Shown here in pieces: positions 1 through 11,458 of a DNA stretch of 53,155 nucleotides. The translations under genes were made by a program, and so were the position numbers. The stretch comes from Chara braunii (lineage: Eukaryota; Plantae; Charophyceae): the NCBI GenBank assembly GCA_003427395.1, contig BFEA01000026.1:4264174-4317328 (forward strand), written 5' to 3'. How positions within the stretch are numbered: the stretch's first letter is position 1; each line of letters starts with the position of its first letter. Below the pieces are notes generated by a model that searched no databases, had not been told where the DNA came from, and saw nothing but the letters and a program-made list of their open reading frames with translations.

Positions 1-174
1 TCGTTTTCACGCAACAAATATCTGAAAATTTCTGATAATCGCATTTCGTTTTATCTGAAAACTCCTGATAGTAGCATTTCGTTTCTCTGATATTTCGCAT
101 ACATAGCTGAAAATTTCTGATGTTAATATTTCGTTTTCTAGGCATATTTGGATAACGATAGAAGTGGTCATCTT

Positions 175-400
175 CTCGGAAACCGGATTTATTCTTTTCT
201 GAAAATCAAATTTCCAGTCTATCTCGCAAATTTTTTTTTACAACCGAAATCTTGCGAAGCTTACCAACATTTCGTTAGGCATATGCAGAGGTTGCCATAT
301 CTTAGAAACTGGATTTAGTTCTTCTCTGAAAATCGCATCTCTACTCTATTTCGCAAATTTTTTTTTCAAGATCGCATTTTTGTGAAAGCCGAAACTTTGC
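175..400. repeat. Degenerate direct repeat (~125 bp unit) upstream of the gypsy gag-like ORF
   Basis: aaccggatttattcttttctgaaaatc...ctatctcgcaaattttttt (~181-240) recurs as aactggatttagttcttctctgaaaatc...ctatttcgcaaattttttt (~307-367). Confidence 0.6.
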
Positions 401-618
401 GGAACCTAGCCTAGATCTCGCTCATAGTACTCTTCTGACATGTCTCACTCATAGCAGATCGACAGATATACAAAAAAAAAAAAAAAAAAGGAAGTAGTCC
501 TCTTTTATTTTGTTATTTTTTATCTGTTGATTAGGGCCAGAAGGAAAGTATTGTTGGGTTGGTTCCCTACCTGTGTTTTCCCTCCCACCCACCCCTTGCA
601 TGCATTTCCGAGTTGGTA

Positions 619-805
619 CAGTGCCACATCAGCAGTGCCACGTCAACAATAGTGCCACGTCAGCAGTGCCATGTCAGCAACAGTGCCACGTCAGCAGTGC
701 CACATCAATAGTGCCACATCAGCAGTGCCACGTCAGCAACAGTGCCACGTCAACAGTGCCACGTCAGCAATAGTGCCACGTAAGCAGTGTCACGTCAGCA
801 GTGCC
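619..805 (+). repeat. Tandem array of 14-17 bp units (cagtgccacgtcagcaa)
   Basis: About 12 copies of gtgccac(g/a)tca(g/a)ca visible directly before the ATG at 814. Confidence 0.9.
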
Positions 806-813
806 CCACCACC

Positions 814-2035
814 ATGACGGACGCAACTCTGGGCATGCCAGGCCAACTGGCCAACGAGTCTCTTGCGAACTACAAACAGCGGTTCCAGACTCAGCTCGCA
901 CTGATCGAGGCTGAGGAACAGCGCCAGCTGGCAGCCGAGTCTGCCCGCCTACAGGCTGAAGCAGCAGCAACAGCCGAGAAGCAGCGGCTTCAGGCCGAAG
1001 CAGACGCAGATACCAAGGCACGCCGCAAGGAAGTCCAGCATCTGCTACAGCGGCATGAAGCCACTAGCATCGAAAGGCTCAAGTTTTGGCATTTTGAACC
1101 ATCTGAAGGGCATGACGACGCGACACCGGAGGAGCAGCACAGGGAATTCATGGCCAAACTCGTGACTCGGTTGGTTTACACTTGTAACCACCTGCAGTCC
1201 GAGCTGGCGAATATGGAGCGGGCCATGCGGAACCACAAGGCTCAGCATGAGGATGCAGCACGGGCACTTGATTCCCGTATGCAGGACTTGGAGCAAGTTG
1301 CACCAAGGCCGGAGGCTGGCGAGTCCAGCAATGCACCCTCTGCCCGCCAACTGGAGCAACGCGTCAACCACGTCGTCGCAATGCTCGGCGACATCAGCAC
1401 CTTCACTGCTCCAACCACCATCAGCAAACAGCTGGATACATTGAAGATCGAGATTCAGCAACTACAACTGCCTAACAAGGATGGCAACAACACAACGCAT
1501 TATAAGATGCCGACATTCCAAATTGAGAAGTTCGATGACTACACGCATCAGGACCCGGTCCTCTGGTGGGAAGGTTTTACGACGCAACTGCGGATTCTGT
1601 TCGTCGCCAAGCACGCGTACATCGGCGCCTTGTTTCTCAACTCAAAGGGCGGATGCCAGACTTGGTTAAGCCACCTGGCATCCACCCACGATGTCGACGT
1701 CGCAGATCTGAAAGACAAGATCTCATAGGAAGAGTTAACAAGGCTATGGAAGAAGCGGTTCATCGTGGACGACGCACCTGCACTCGCCATCGACCGTCTC
1801 TTCGGCATGACACAAGGCAACACAGCAACAGTGACTGGATCATGGAATGGCAGAAGATCGCGGCAACGCCCGGTCTCGACTTGCCGTTTTCGCATCTGCG
1901 CCGCGAGTTCTACAACACATCATGTGCTGCATTGAGCCTTGCACTTGGTGATCGCGAGCAATATGCAACCTTCGCTGAAATCATTGACAAGGCGAGGGAG
2001 ATCATCAAGACCAACAGGGCGGCTGCACACGAGGG
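814..2035 (+). pseudogene. Ty3/gypsy LTR-retrotransposon gag-like ORF, disrupted and truncated
   Basis: Coiled-coil N-terminus, then KMPTFQIEKFDDYTHQDPVLWWEGF...W...ELTRLWKKRF retrotransposon-gag-like region; in-frame TAG at 1726, frameshift near 1830; no pol follows. Confidence 0.7.
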
Positions 2036-2619
2036 CACCATGCTAATCTTCTTTGTATTGTTAACGGATGTCCCGGAGGACGATAAGATAATTGTCAGAT
2101 AGATGAGGGGGAGGCTGAGGGAGGAAGCGGATCATGGTGCATTGAAAAGAAACGAAGAAGGACAACAAGAGTGAGGTAAGGAAGAGATAGATGAGAAGAA
2201 ATGACAGCGACATGCGGGTGTGCGAATGCAAGAGAAACCAAAGGAGTCGGCAGGAAGATACAAGAGATGTGGTAGCAACAGAAAGACCAGACGGATGTGA
2301 CAAGAGGTGGGCGAATTGTGTGCGTCCTTTTGGAACTCCATCTGTGTGGCTTCTTCGTGCTTTTCTCTCTTCTTGGGAGCTCCCTTTTGTAGGGGATGAG
2401 ATGGAGGAGGGGAAGTCTGTGTTTGCAACTCGATTTTGGGGGGGGGTGCACACTCGCGCNNNNNNNNNNNNNNNNNNNNNNNNNNNNNNNNNNNNNNNNN
2501 NNNNNNNNNNNNNNNNNNNNNNNNNNNNNNNNNNNNNNNNNNNNNNNNNNNNNNNNNNNNNNNNNNNNNNNNNNNNNNNNNNNNNNNNNNNNNNNNNNNN
2601 NNNNNNNNNNNNNNNNNNN

Positions 2620-2687
<68 letters not shown>
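2620..2687. repeat. (GA)n microsatellite next to an assembly gap
   Basis: Direct observation. Confidence 0.95.
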
Positions 2688-2692
<5 letters not shown>

Positions 2693-2874
2693 CATTTTTT
2701 GTTGGAGAGAACTACCTCCTGCGCTACTGTCATCTTATCACTGCATGCTATGATGGAACGGTTGTTCCTAGGCTTGTACTGGGGCTTATGGTCAACCTTA
2801 TGCTCATCGGTCTCTATCTCCGTCACTTTTCCTCACTTTCCTCTACTCCTACCTCTCCTTCTCCTTGTCCTTGT

Positions 2875-2953
2875 CATCCTCCTCCTCCTCCTGCTACTAC
2901 TACTACTTCTGCTGCTACTACTAGACAATGACTGCGACTGCGACTACTATTAG

Positions 2954-2985
<32 letters not shown>

Positions 2986-3055
2986 TTACTACTACTACTA
3001 ATGCTACTGCTACTGCCGCTGCTGCTGCTGCTATTACTACTACCTCTCTACTACC
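2875..3055. repeat. (CTA)n/(CTG)n/(CCT)n trinucleotide microsatellite
   Basis: Direct observation. Confidence 0.9.
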
Positions 3056-3795
3056 TCGTCGCTCTCCATCTTCTCCTTGGTGTTCTCCATCTCCATCACC
3101 TTTCCTCCTCCCTTATCTACTCCGACCTCCTGCCTCCCTCCTCCTCCTCTGAGTCCCTGCTCGCTTCCTCGTTGTTCTCCATCTCCACTTCCTCCCGGTT
3201 CTTCCTACTTGTCCTCCTCCTTCAAGCGGCAGAAGGGCATTCGGAAAACATGGTCGTTGCCAGTAGCGCATATGGAAAGCATGCAGGGTCCACTCCACAT
3301 GTGGGATACGGGGCAAATTTTGACAGCTGTCAGGAGCGCTTTATGCAATGCCCCTCTGTTTTAGGGGCATCCTATGAAATGCCACATCTTTCAGGGGCAT
3401 ACAAAACTTATCCTATTCTCTTGCATATTGGTTCAATAGCACCCACAGTAGTTGGGGGCTATTGCAGGGAAAGGTGCCAGCAACATTGCATCCTTTTTTG
3501 TGGGTTTTGTTGGATTGGGACAATCATCATACTCTTAATTGACAAAAACTTTAAGACAAGACTGTGTTCACCCACAATTCACTCCTTTGGAAGGCTGGAC
3601 AACCACACACTCTTTGAAAACTAGAAAATTCTTTGTTATCACTCTCTGCTGTTTTTGCTTCGTTCTGCAGTTCGACCTGAGTTTTTGAGCGGCCTGCAGC
3701 TCATGGGAGGTCCCTGAGTTTCAGGTATCTGACTGAGGCTCCATCAATTGGCAAGCCTCTCAACAAATAAAATTTAATAAATAATTACTGGCAAA

Positions 3796-4094
3796 AATTG
3801 ACATTTCGTTAAAACTGGCATTTTTTTTTCTAAATTCATGAAAGTGGACTTGGTCAAAATTTCATTGCTCATTGGGTGAGAAAGTGGTTATCTCACTTTG
3901 TCCATCTGATGTACCTCAACATAAAGTACCGTTAACATACATCCGATGATCAGATCATCGGGATTCGCCATGACACCCGATGATCTGATCATCCGACGTC
4001 ATGGGGACAAAAAAAACACTAAAAAATGCTGTTTTTTGGTTCACTCAATTTCGTGAATTTAGAAAAAAATGTCAGTTTTAACGAAATGTCAGTT
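3796..4094. mobile_element. MITE-like element with ~48 bp imperfect TIRs
   Basis: aattgacatttcgttaaaactggcattttt...aaattcatgaaa vs tttcgtgaatttagaaaaaaatgtcagttttaacgaaatgtcagtt; caaa on both flanks (3792-3795, 4095-4098); internal palindrome at ~3943-3995. Confidence 0.6.
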
Positions 4095-4200
4095 CAAAGG
4101 AAGATGCAGTGAAAGGCCTCTTCGCCTGGTAGATCACGCTATTGCATGTCTGAGGCACACCCAGAAGGTGCTGGGCTTAGACCCGATTCAGGTCACTCTG

Positions 4201-4378
4201 GGACTACGACAATAACACCTTACACCTTGATGAGAATGGTACAGTTGGAGGTCAGGACCGGCAAGAGCAATCATCCACCAGACACAGAGAAAGGGACATA
4301 GCCAGTTTGGTTATCCCCACTGCAGGTCAGCGGACTACGACAATAATACCTTACACCCTGATATGAAACTAGTGTTTT

Positions 4379-4419
<41 letters not shown>

Positions 4420-4540
4420 GGGAAAAAAAAGGGTACAGTTTGAGGTCAGGGCTGGCAAGAGCAATCAGCCACCAGACACACAGAAAGCCTGAGAAAGGGA
4501 CATAGCCAGTTTGGTTACCCCCCACTGCAGGACAGCGACT
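4201..4540. repeat. Tandem duplication (~130 bp unit); second copy interrupted by poly(T)
   Basis: ggactacgacaata...gagaaagggacatagccagtttggtta.ccccactgcagg occurs twice. Confidence 0.8.
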
Positions 4541-4847
4541 TATTTATTTATTTATTTATTTATAACTAAGGTACATTCTTCTCTCACATACCGCTCGCTA
4601 CCTAATCTCCTCTCTAAGTACTGTTTGAAATCATTGAATGTTGCAGTTATGGGTTGACACCGACCTCCACCCGTGCCTAAGCACCGCTGCACATCCTAAA
4701 AACACCTGGTGCGAGCTAGAAGGCGAATCCCCAGAACCTCCTAACCATCCGGGAGGTGTAAGCCAACTATCTCACCTGGTGAATCCGAAGCATGCCACAG
4801 GGGGCCGCTGTGAACGACGTGAGGATCGAACTCACGACCTTTCAGAG

Positions 4848-5166
4848 CTTGCAGGATTTCGACTCATACTGTAGTAGGCAGCAAAAAATGGCTGTCGTTG
4901 GGTCATGTCTGCACAGGGCCAGGGCTTCCACAGCGATGACAGGGACCGAGATGGCCTTTTTGTTCACCCCCAAAATTGAACTTAGGAAGAGGAATTTCCC
5001 AGATGAATTTTTTGACAACGTTTTACGTAATTTCTCTGCAAAGTTTGCGAATGTTTGGGATGATTGGGTCAGCAGACTCACCACACTAATGGGCTGGGAT
5101 AGGCTGGTGACAAAGGTCCCATCGAGGCAGATGGTTACCCTTGTTTCCAGGCATGTTGCGCATTAA
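4848..5166 (+). pseudogene. Penelope-like element reverse transcriptase thumb/C-terminal fragment
   Basis: FDSYCSRQQKMAVVGSCLHRA...IELRKRNFPDEFFDNVL resembles the PLE thumb pattern (S...k.gvi.s.l.Ra...l..rgYP..fi); recognised by eye, no HMM run. Confidence 0.5.
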
Positions 5167-5789
5167 GGAAATAATAAGGGGGGTGTGGTTAGGACTCAGG
5201 AGGTATTGAGGAGAACCTCTAGGAGGGGGATATGTTACAATGCGACCTTGGGTTCCGCTCCGATTGTTAGGAGGGGCATTGGGTTTTGCCTTACACTAGG
5301 TAGCCCCTTTGATTCTGTTTTCGTTTTGTTCCTTTCTTTTCCTTTTCTTTTTCTTTTTCTCTTATTGTCTGCTTTTGTTTTTGTTTTTGTTTTAAATTGT
5401 TCCCTGAAAAAATGTTTTTCCCGATTATGGGTCTGCTATAGGGACGAATGGGCAAGTGTCGTTTTAAGAAGTGGGGTTTCGAACTTGTAGGCTTGGTGTC
5501 TGGCCACTTAAAAGTTTCTGAAGTGCCTCCGACTCCGTGTATGTGGGCCTTTGTCCGGTCTTCCTTGAAGCTTCTTCGGTCAGCTGTTTTTTCGGTATCT
5601 GGTCTTTTTCTTGTTTTGAAGCGGAGGCTTCTGGAAGCTCCTTCGAAACCGCAAACTCCACCTCCCGCACCTTTGGCTGTCTACTTCTTTCCTCTATGCT
5701 GGTTTCCTCCTTCCTCTCCTCTTCTCGGTCGGACACTACTTACGCTGCTAATTCTATTCTTTCGGTCCCTTCCTGGCGACTCGTACACA

Positions 5790-5838
5790 GACCCCTGACG
5801 ATTCCAGTTGGTGTCCAGATGAAACACAGCGTAGGGTC
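5790..5838 (+). ncRNA. Type I hammerhead ribozyme-like motif (partly degenerate)
   Basis: GACCC-CTGACGA-(19 nt)-GAAA-C..G-TA-GGGTC: stem I and both catalytic boxes present; stem II poorly paired. Confidence 0.55.
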
Positions 5839-6465
5839 GCTGCGCTAGCTGTCACGGTTTTCTTACGATGTACTCGGCCATTTTCTGTAATGTCATTCGG
5901 CCATATGGTCACGTCTCGGGAACTTCGAGGGACTTTCTCCTCCAACTCTATCCTCCCCCCTCCTTGTTTCTGCGTTTTGTTTGCTTGCCCGATTATACGA
6001 ATGCATGGTTGACTTGTGTCTTCGCCTTCTAAATGCCACTTGCGTGCTATACCAACCGAGCTGCAGGACAGCGACCTGTGGTGAGGTTTGGGTGAAAGAT
6101 TGAATGATCGGTGGCCTGACACACTTTTCGGTTGCTACAGGGAGCTGGTTACCTAGTGAGTTGGTTTTCAATTTACCAATTACAGGTGGAGTGTGGTTAT
6201 CATTAATCTGAAGGCTGTTATGCTTCCAAAAAGAACAAAAAAGATGAAGCCCTCTTCATCCTTTAACTCAGGACGCCTTATGACTTCAAGCGAAAGGGCA
6301 TTGCTTTTCCTCATCGCCAGTCTAGCATGGTTAGAATGACGGCGGGATAGGGGGAGAGGAGTAGGAAGGGAATAACAGGAAACGTTTTGTGAAGAAGGGG
6401 ATGCAAAGGGGGATACCTGACTAAACCACCAGTATGTTTCCCGCTGAGAAATCAAATATGCGGCT

Positions 6466-6616
6466 TGTATACAGCCGCATCATTCGGGAAGCACCGGGGC
6501 GCCGTTTCGCTGGATATCCATCCAGGCAAAACGGGCCTCGCATGTGATCCGTTTCGCTTGGGCTATCCAAGCGAAACGGCACCCCGGTACTTTCCGAGAG
6601 TTGTGGCCGTATACGC
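6466..6616. repeat. Long imperfect inverted repeat (MITE-like hairpin)
   Basis: tatacagccgca..tcgggaagcaccggggcgccgtttcgct pairs with agcgaaacggcaccccggtactttccga..tgtggccgtata. Confidence 0.7.
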
Positions 6617-6717
6617 ACCACAGCTCTGCAAAAATAGATGGGAAACACATACTGGTGGTTTAAAACTGCCAGAAACTGGAGACAAAGAAGGAGGTGACTG
6701 CGCTCTCAGAATGTGTA

Positions 6718-6844
6718 GGCAGTCAATTGCCTTGGAAAAAGGGCAATCAATGCTGGCTGATATTGTTCTAACGGCCATGCGATGTTGTAGGGACGGTGCA
6801 TCCAATTTTCAGCCGGTGTTGCTCCCCACCAATACTTTGGAGCC
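6718..6844 (+). ncRNA. Degenerate retroelement 3' RNA cassette (motifs A+B)
   Basis: gggcaatcaatg at ~6741; gggacggtgcatccaattttcagccggtgttgctccccaccaatactttggagcc at 6790-6844. Confidence 0.6.
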
Positions 6845-7155
6845 ATCACGCGTGGAGGTAGCTCACTATTAATGGATGCTCGTAACACCGTCAATGGCGA
6901 GCTTCCGTGAAAATTCGTTTTTTTCCCTGCAATTATGTGCAATAGGAAAAATAGGAGGTGAAGAGGCCTGTCATCAGTAAAAAATGTGATTTTTTATCTA
7001 TACACACAAACCTCTACGAGCAAAAGGTCACAGGCAAACTTTACTGAATAAGTGTGGAAGTGCAATTGGTCGTGCATGTCCGAAGGTGTGAATGTGCCTT
7101 GTTGTATATGTGTGCATATCTGACTTCATGTGTGGATTCCATACACTGGTGTATC

Positions 7156-7290
7156 TTCTTTTTTTTTCCTGAAAAAGACCAATTGAGTGCTAGGGGGGGT
7201 TGGTAAGAGCATCCCTACCCAGCAGTCGTCTGGTTCCTCCCGATCTATTGGTGGGGAGCTGCACCTGCTGGAAAACGGGTCCGGCGTCCC
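7156..7290 (-). mobile_element. Retroelement 3' end (motifs B+C, A-rich tail)
   Basis: Reverse complement reads gggacgccggacccgttttccagcaggtgcagctccccaccaataga...tgctcttacca hairpin...A-run. Confidence 0.7.
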
Positions 7291-7672
7291 TTGAATCTTA
7301 TCGTGTATCTCATACATTTACCAGATAACATTCATAGCTGGGTTCCTTTCGAAATCTGTGCGCGAACTGACAGGAACACACATGTCAGAGAAGTTAAAGG
7401 TGGTGCACAATAGTGGAGAAGAGACTCTGAGGTGTGAATAAACACACACACACTGACTATTTGGCACAAGTGGAAGGTGCTTCGTAGCGGCTACTCAGAA
7501 GAACACAGAAACATTTTGACACAGTCTCGACATACGCTCCCTGCAGGAACACACCTTTCTGATTGATTGCAGCAAACAAACATGCTGGATATCAGGAATT
7601 CTGAACAACAATGAAAGGAGGTAACCGCTATAGTCATTTGGTAGGGATCCCCACAGACCACTCCATACCCGG

Positions 7673-9020
7673 CAGAGGTGGCAACTGGGTAACCGTTGCC
7701 CGTACCTGACCGTACCCAACTGTAACCGGCAGGTTATGGGCAGGTACGGGTACCCTTCCGGAGGAGGCCTTCGGTATGGCCAGGCATAAATTTTATTTGT
7801 GGATTTCAGGGCAGGCACGGCTGCACTGCGTGGAGATCACGGGCAGGCATGGGCGGGTATTGGTGGTGAAAAGGGAAAAAACGCAGGTATGGGCGGCCAA
7901 GAAAAAGAAAAGCATGGGTACAGCCGTTATAGGGTGGTGAAGAAAACAAATCAGATGGGTATGGGCGGGTAAGCAATTCTGCCGGGTAACCGTAAGTAAT
8001 ATCCGCATTCCCCCCCCTTCCCCACCTTCCCTTCTTTCCAAGAAATATGCAGACCGGCGGAGCTGTTTTTTTTATTAGGCACATTTTTTTTTCCTGGCGC
8101 GAATGGCGAGAAAATATTTCAGGAAATAGCCTCCCAACTTCGAAATTGGCCACTTTCGAAATTGGAAGGGTCCAGCCTCGACTCAGGGAGTTCCCCCTTG
8201 GAAATTGGCCGCCCGTCATGGTTGTACCCGCCGCCCTTCTGTGTGTGCATGCCATTGCATGGCCATCGTCTGCCCCTCGTGGTTGTACCCGCTACCGTTC
8301 TGTGTGTGCTGCATGGCCATGANNNNNNNNNNNNNNNNNNNNNNNNNNNNNNNNNNNNNNNNNNNNNNNNNNNNNNNNNNNNNNNNNNNNNNNNNNNNNN
8401 NNNNNNNNNNNNNNNNNNNNNNNNNNNNNNNNNNNNNNNNNNNNNNNNNNNNNNNNNNNNNNNNNNNNNNNNNNNNNNNNNNNNNNNNNNNNNNNNNNNN
8501 NNNNNNNNNNNNNNNNNNNNNNNNNNNNNNNNNNNNNNNNNNNNNNNNNNNNNNNNNNNNNNNNNNNNNNNNNNNNNNNNNNNNNNNNNNNNNNNNNNNN
8601 NNNNNNNNNNNNNNNNNNNNNNNNNNNNNNNNNNNNNNNNNNNNNNNNNNNNNGGTTAGGGAAGGGTGGGTCACAAGTGTGGATGGTTATGGGTGGGTGC
8701 ATACAATTGTGGGTGGGTACGGGTGGGTAGGGGTGAAAAAAAAAATTGGTTGGTTACGCTACAGGTGGTTAACAAAAGGTTTGGGTGTAGGTGGCCATGG
8801 ATAGTTTTGAAACAGAAAGTCCATGGGCAGTTATGGGCAGTTACAGTCTGAAGGGATTCAGGCAGGGCAGGTACAGGTACACATTTTTTTTTTTTTAGCA
8901 GGTAAGGATGGGTAAAGGTCCGGCAGGCCATCTATACAGTGGGNATGGGTGGTTAGTTTTCAAAGAGGGTATGGGTAGGTAAGGTACAGGTANTCCAAGA
9001 AATCCCAGTTGCCACCTCTG
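7673..9020. mobile_element. Non-autonomous hAT element (contains a gap)
   Basis: 17-bp TIRs cagaggtggcaactggg / cccagttgccacctctg; 8-bp TSD atacccgg at 7665-7672 and 9021-9028; subterminal gggta/taccc repeats. Confidence 0.9.
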
Positions 9021-9867
9021 ATACCCGGGTAGCTACCGCTAACACATCCTGCGCACTTCGTATGGATGTGATGTTAGCACTGCGATCTGCCTGAACAGTT
9101 AGACTCGTGCTTCCGTGCTTCGATCCATGGGTGTTGATTGTCACGTTTCACAGCAACTGATGCATGCGTTTCAACTTTGTAAGAGATTGCGCATGATGAA
9201 CAGGAGTGGCGGGCATGCAGAGGTTTAGCAGGCGCTTACTGTTTGGCCTTTCAACGTGCGGTGCAGGCTGATTGAAGTCATTCAAAGTGCGTTGTATAGT
9301 GAGACCGATCAGGCTGCACCGCATGATTTCCATCCCGTGATTTTCATCTGACCACCAAGACATGCTACCTTGCAGAGCGCACAGGCAAAATCTCGTTCAT
9401 TCATCCTGCACGCATGTAAGACACCAAACTCTCATCCCGTGGTACAAATGTTTACGCAGTAATACTCACATATGCATTCATCTCCTTTGATGCGCAGTCC
9501 TCGACAAACATCCTACTATTCCATTTTCTCAAACAGACGTATTGTTTTTGTTTTGTAAAAACACACAAACAAAACATCACATAACATAAAAAGACAAAAT
9601 TCCACTGAAAGCACCTTCTGAGAACGAAAGAATAGGATTACACGTATCCTTCAAAAAAAAAAAAAAAAAAAGCATTATACGCATCCTTCCCTCTGAACTG
9701 CATATGCAGTCCATTGAACCACACGTGCAGCAGACTTCTGTAACCATCCCATGGCATTGTCACGACAAGCGAATCATGTAATAAAGCACCAACAATCCAT
9801 ATTGAGCACACAAGGGCATCACACAGCGGTGCACAGGCTGAGAATCAGATATGGAATGCCAACAGAA

Positions 9868-10065
9868 GGGACACTGGACCGGGTCTCCAGCAGATGATAC
9901 TCCAAGTTACTCTTGATAATGTACAGGACGCTGGACCCAGTTTCCAGCAGGTGATGCTCCCCATGAATAGACCGGAGCCTGAGGCAGGGGTACTATCGGG
10001 AGGTGCTCATATCACCCCTCGGCAGTAACCTGAGCCCTCTGTTTGAAAAAAAAACAAAATAAAAA
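9868..10065 (+). mobile_element. Retroelement 3' end: one degenerate and one complete motif B, motif C, A-rich tail
   Basis: Motif B at 9868-9903 (partial) and 9925-9979; ggtg-ctcatat-cacc hairpin; A-rich tail from 10046. Confidence 0.7.
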
Positions 10066-10079
10066 CGGCCACCCCCACC

Positions 10080-10500
10080 GAGGGCTGTCAGACATGAATG
10101 CTGCACGGTCAGCTAGGGTGCCGAATGAAGCAACATTTGGGGAGCACTGTATAAGGGCTTCTGTGATACCTTATACGTCCTGCAAAGCACCGGTCTTTGC
10201 CATCCTGAAACCTCAAGCACTTTGACGATGACTGTCACAGCTTGCCCAACTATGAACAGCATAAGCCAAGAGGTGCCCTGGGTGAAGGGGTGCCCTGAAC
10301 TCAGCAACCTGCCATGCGAGATGGGGACCGGTGATGCCAAGGATGTATTCAAATGTCGACCTAGTCATGCAAAGAAGGGTCATGTAGAACTCGTCCTCAG
10401 CTTTGTCACGAACAAGAAGATTCCCCGCTTCACAGCTTCCTCCTACATCACGCACCAATGGGGAGATCCGGCGGCAGTACGTCAGCAAGCCAGACGAGGA
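10080..10500 (-). pseudogene. PIF/Harbinger (HARBI1/DDE_Tnp_4-like) transposase N-terminal fragment
   Basis: DEFYMTLLCMTRSTFEYILGITGPHLAWQVAEFRAPLHPGHLLAYAVHSWASCDSHRQSA*GF matches the F..LRM.R.TF..I...R....LA..L..LA.G.S.R..A..FG pattern. Confidence 0.65.
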
Positions 10501-10814
10501 GCGGAGTCCTTGTTATGGTCACCATAGCGGAGAGCTGGACGGGATGGCGGGAGCACAGCGCTGCACTGGCGGGTGGGTGCTGGGCGACCGGTGCTTGCGC
10601 TGGACGACCGCTGCGCGAGTGCACTGGCGTGTGCGCTGACCGGGCACGAGCGCTGAAGGGTGAGTGCGAGACGGATATGGTAGTTATCTTTGCGGCACAA
10701 TCCAGCGCTTAGTGTTCGAACGGGGATTGACGGCGCTTGATCGTGCCACATCACATGCTGATGTGGCCGACGGTCTGACTCGTCGATTTTCTATGAGTCC
10801 CACATTTCTCTCCA

Positions 10815-11458
10815 TTGCCACATCACATGAATCAGCTTCAAGAGCTAGAACAACAGGCTGACACGCAAAGCCCAGAGCAGCTCACGCAACCGATAGAGAC
10901 AGTAAGATCTCAGTTGTTACAGCAAGCGCAATACCGATCGCAAGATGCAAGAATCCGAGCAAAAAGGTCGAAGTACTCCACTGAAGGCACAATGGATACT
11001 TTTTTTTTTGGCCTCGCCCGTGCAAGAGCTAAACGCACAGTCGTAGGGGCACTGTATGGACCAGGGGGGGTAGATACCCACCCTGTCCTCACTACAGCTG
11101 GATGCGTTAAAATAGCCCGAGATTTTTAAGGACCTTTTTGCCACCCACATCCCCCCCTGTGCAGAGGGCACCCGGCTACGGCAGATAGATGAAGACTTCC
11201 TCTAACCTATCAGCAAAGCACTTTCCAGTTGGAGGTCCCCCTGACCCAAGATGAAACATGGACGGCCCTCTTGCAGATAGACGAGGAGGAGACCCCTGGG
11301 CTGGATGTCCTCCCAAAAGAATTTTGGGAGACGATGTGGGACTGTATGAGTTCGGATCTCATGGAATATTACAGTGAAGTCTGGCTCACAGGGGGAATGA
11401 GGGAGTTAGTGGGTCAATGGGGTTTTGTCCCTCCTTTATAAAAAAGGAGACAAGTTCC
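10815..11458 (+). pseudogene. L1/Tx1-like LINE ORF2 fragment (linker before RT)
   Basis: EGTMDTFFFGLARARAKR; PLTQDETWTALLQIDEEETPGLDVLPKEFWE; LLYKKGDK; homologous to 47070-47630. Confidence 0.8.

Larger units (their letters stand above)
4540..6060. mobile_element. Composite retroposed insertion: (TTTA)n tract, tRNA-like B-box fragment (-), Penelope-like RT C-terminus (+), hammerhead-like motif (+)
   Basis: Exact 15-bp direct repeat ctgcaggacagcgac at 4525-4539 and 6061-6075; (ttta)n at 4540-4562; minus-strand aaggtcgtgagttcgatcctcac at ~4818-4840. Confidence 0.5.

Noticed and set aside
2095-3624. Long ORFs in the ORF track
   Set aside because: Products of N-gaps and microsatellites.
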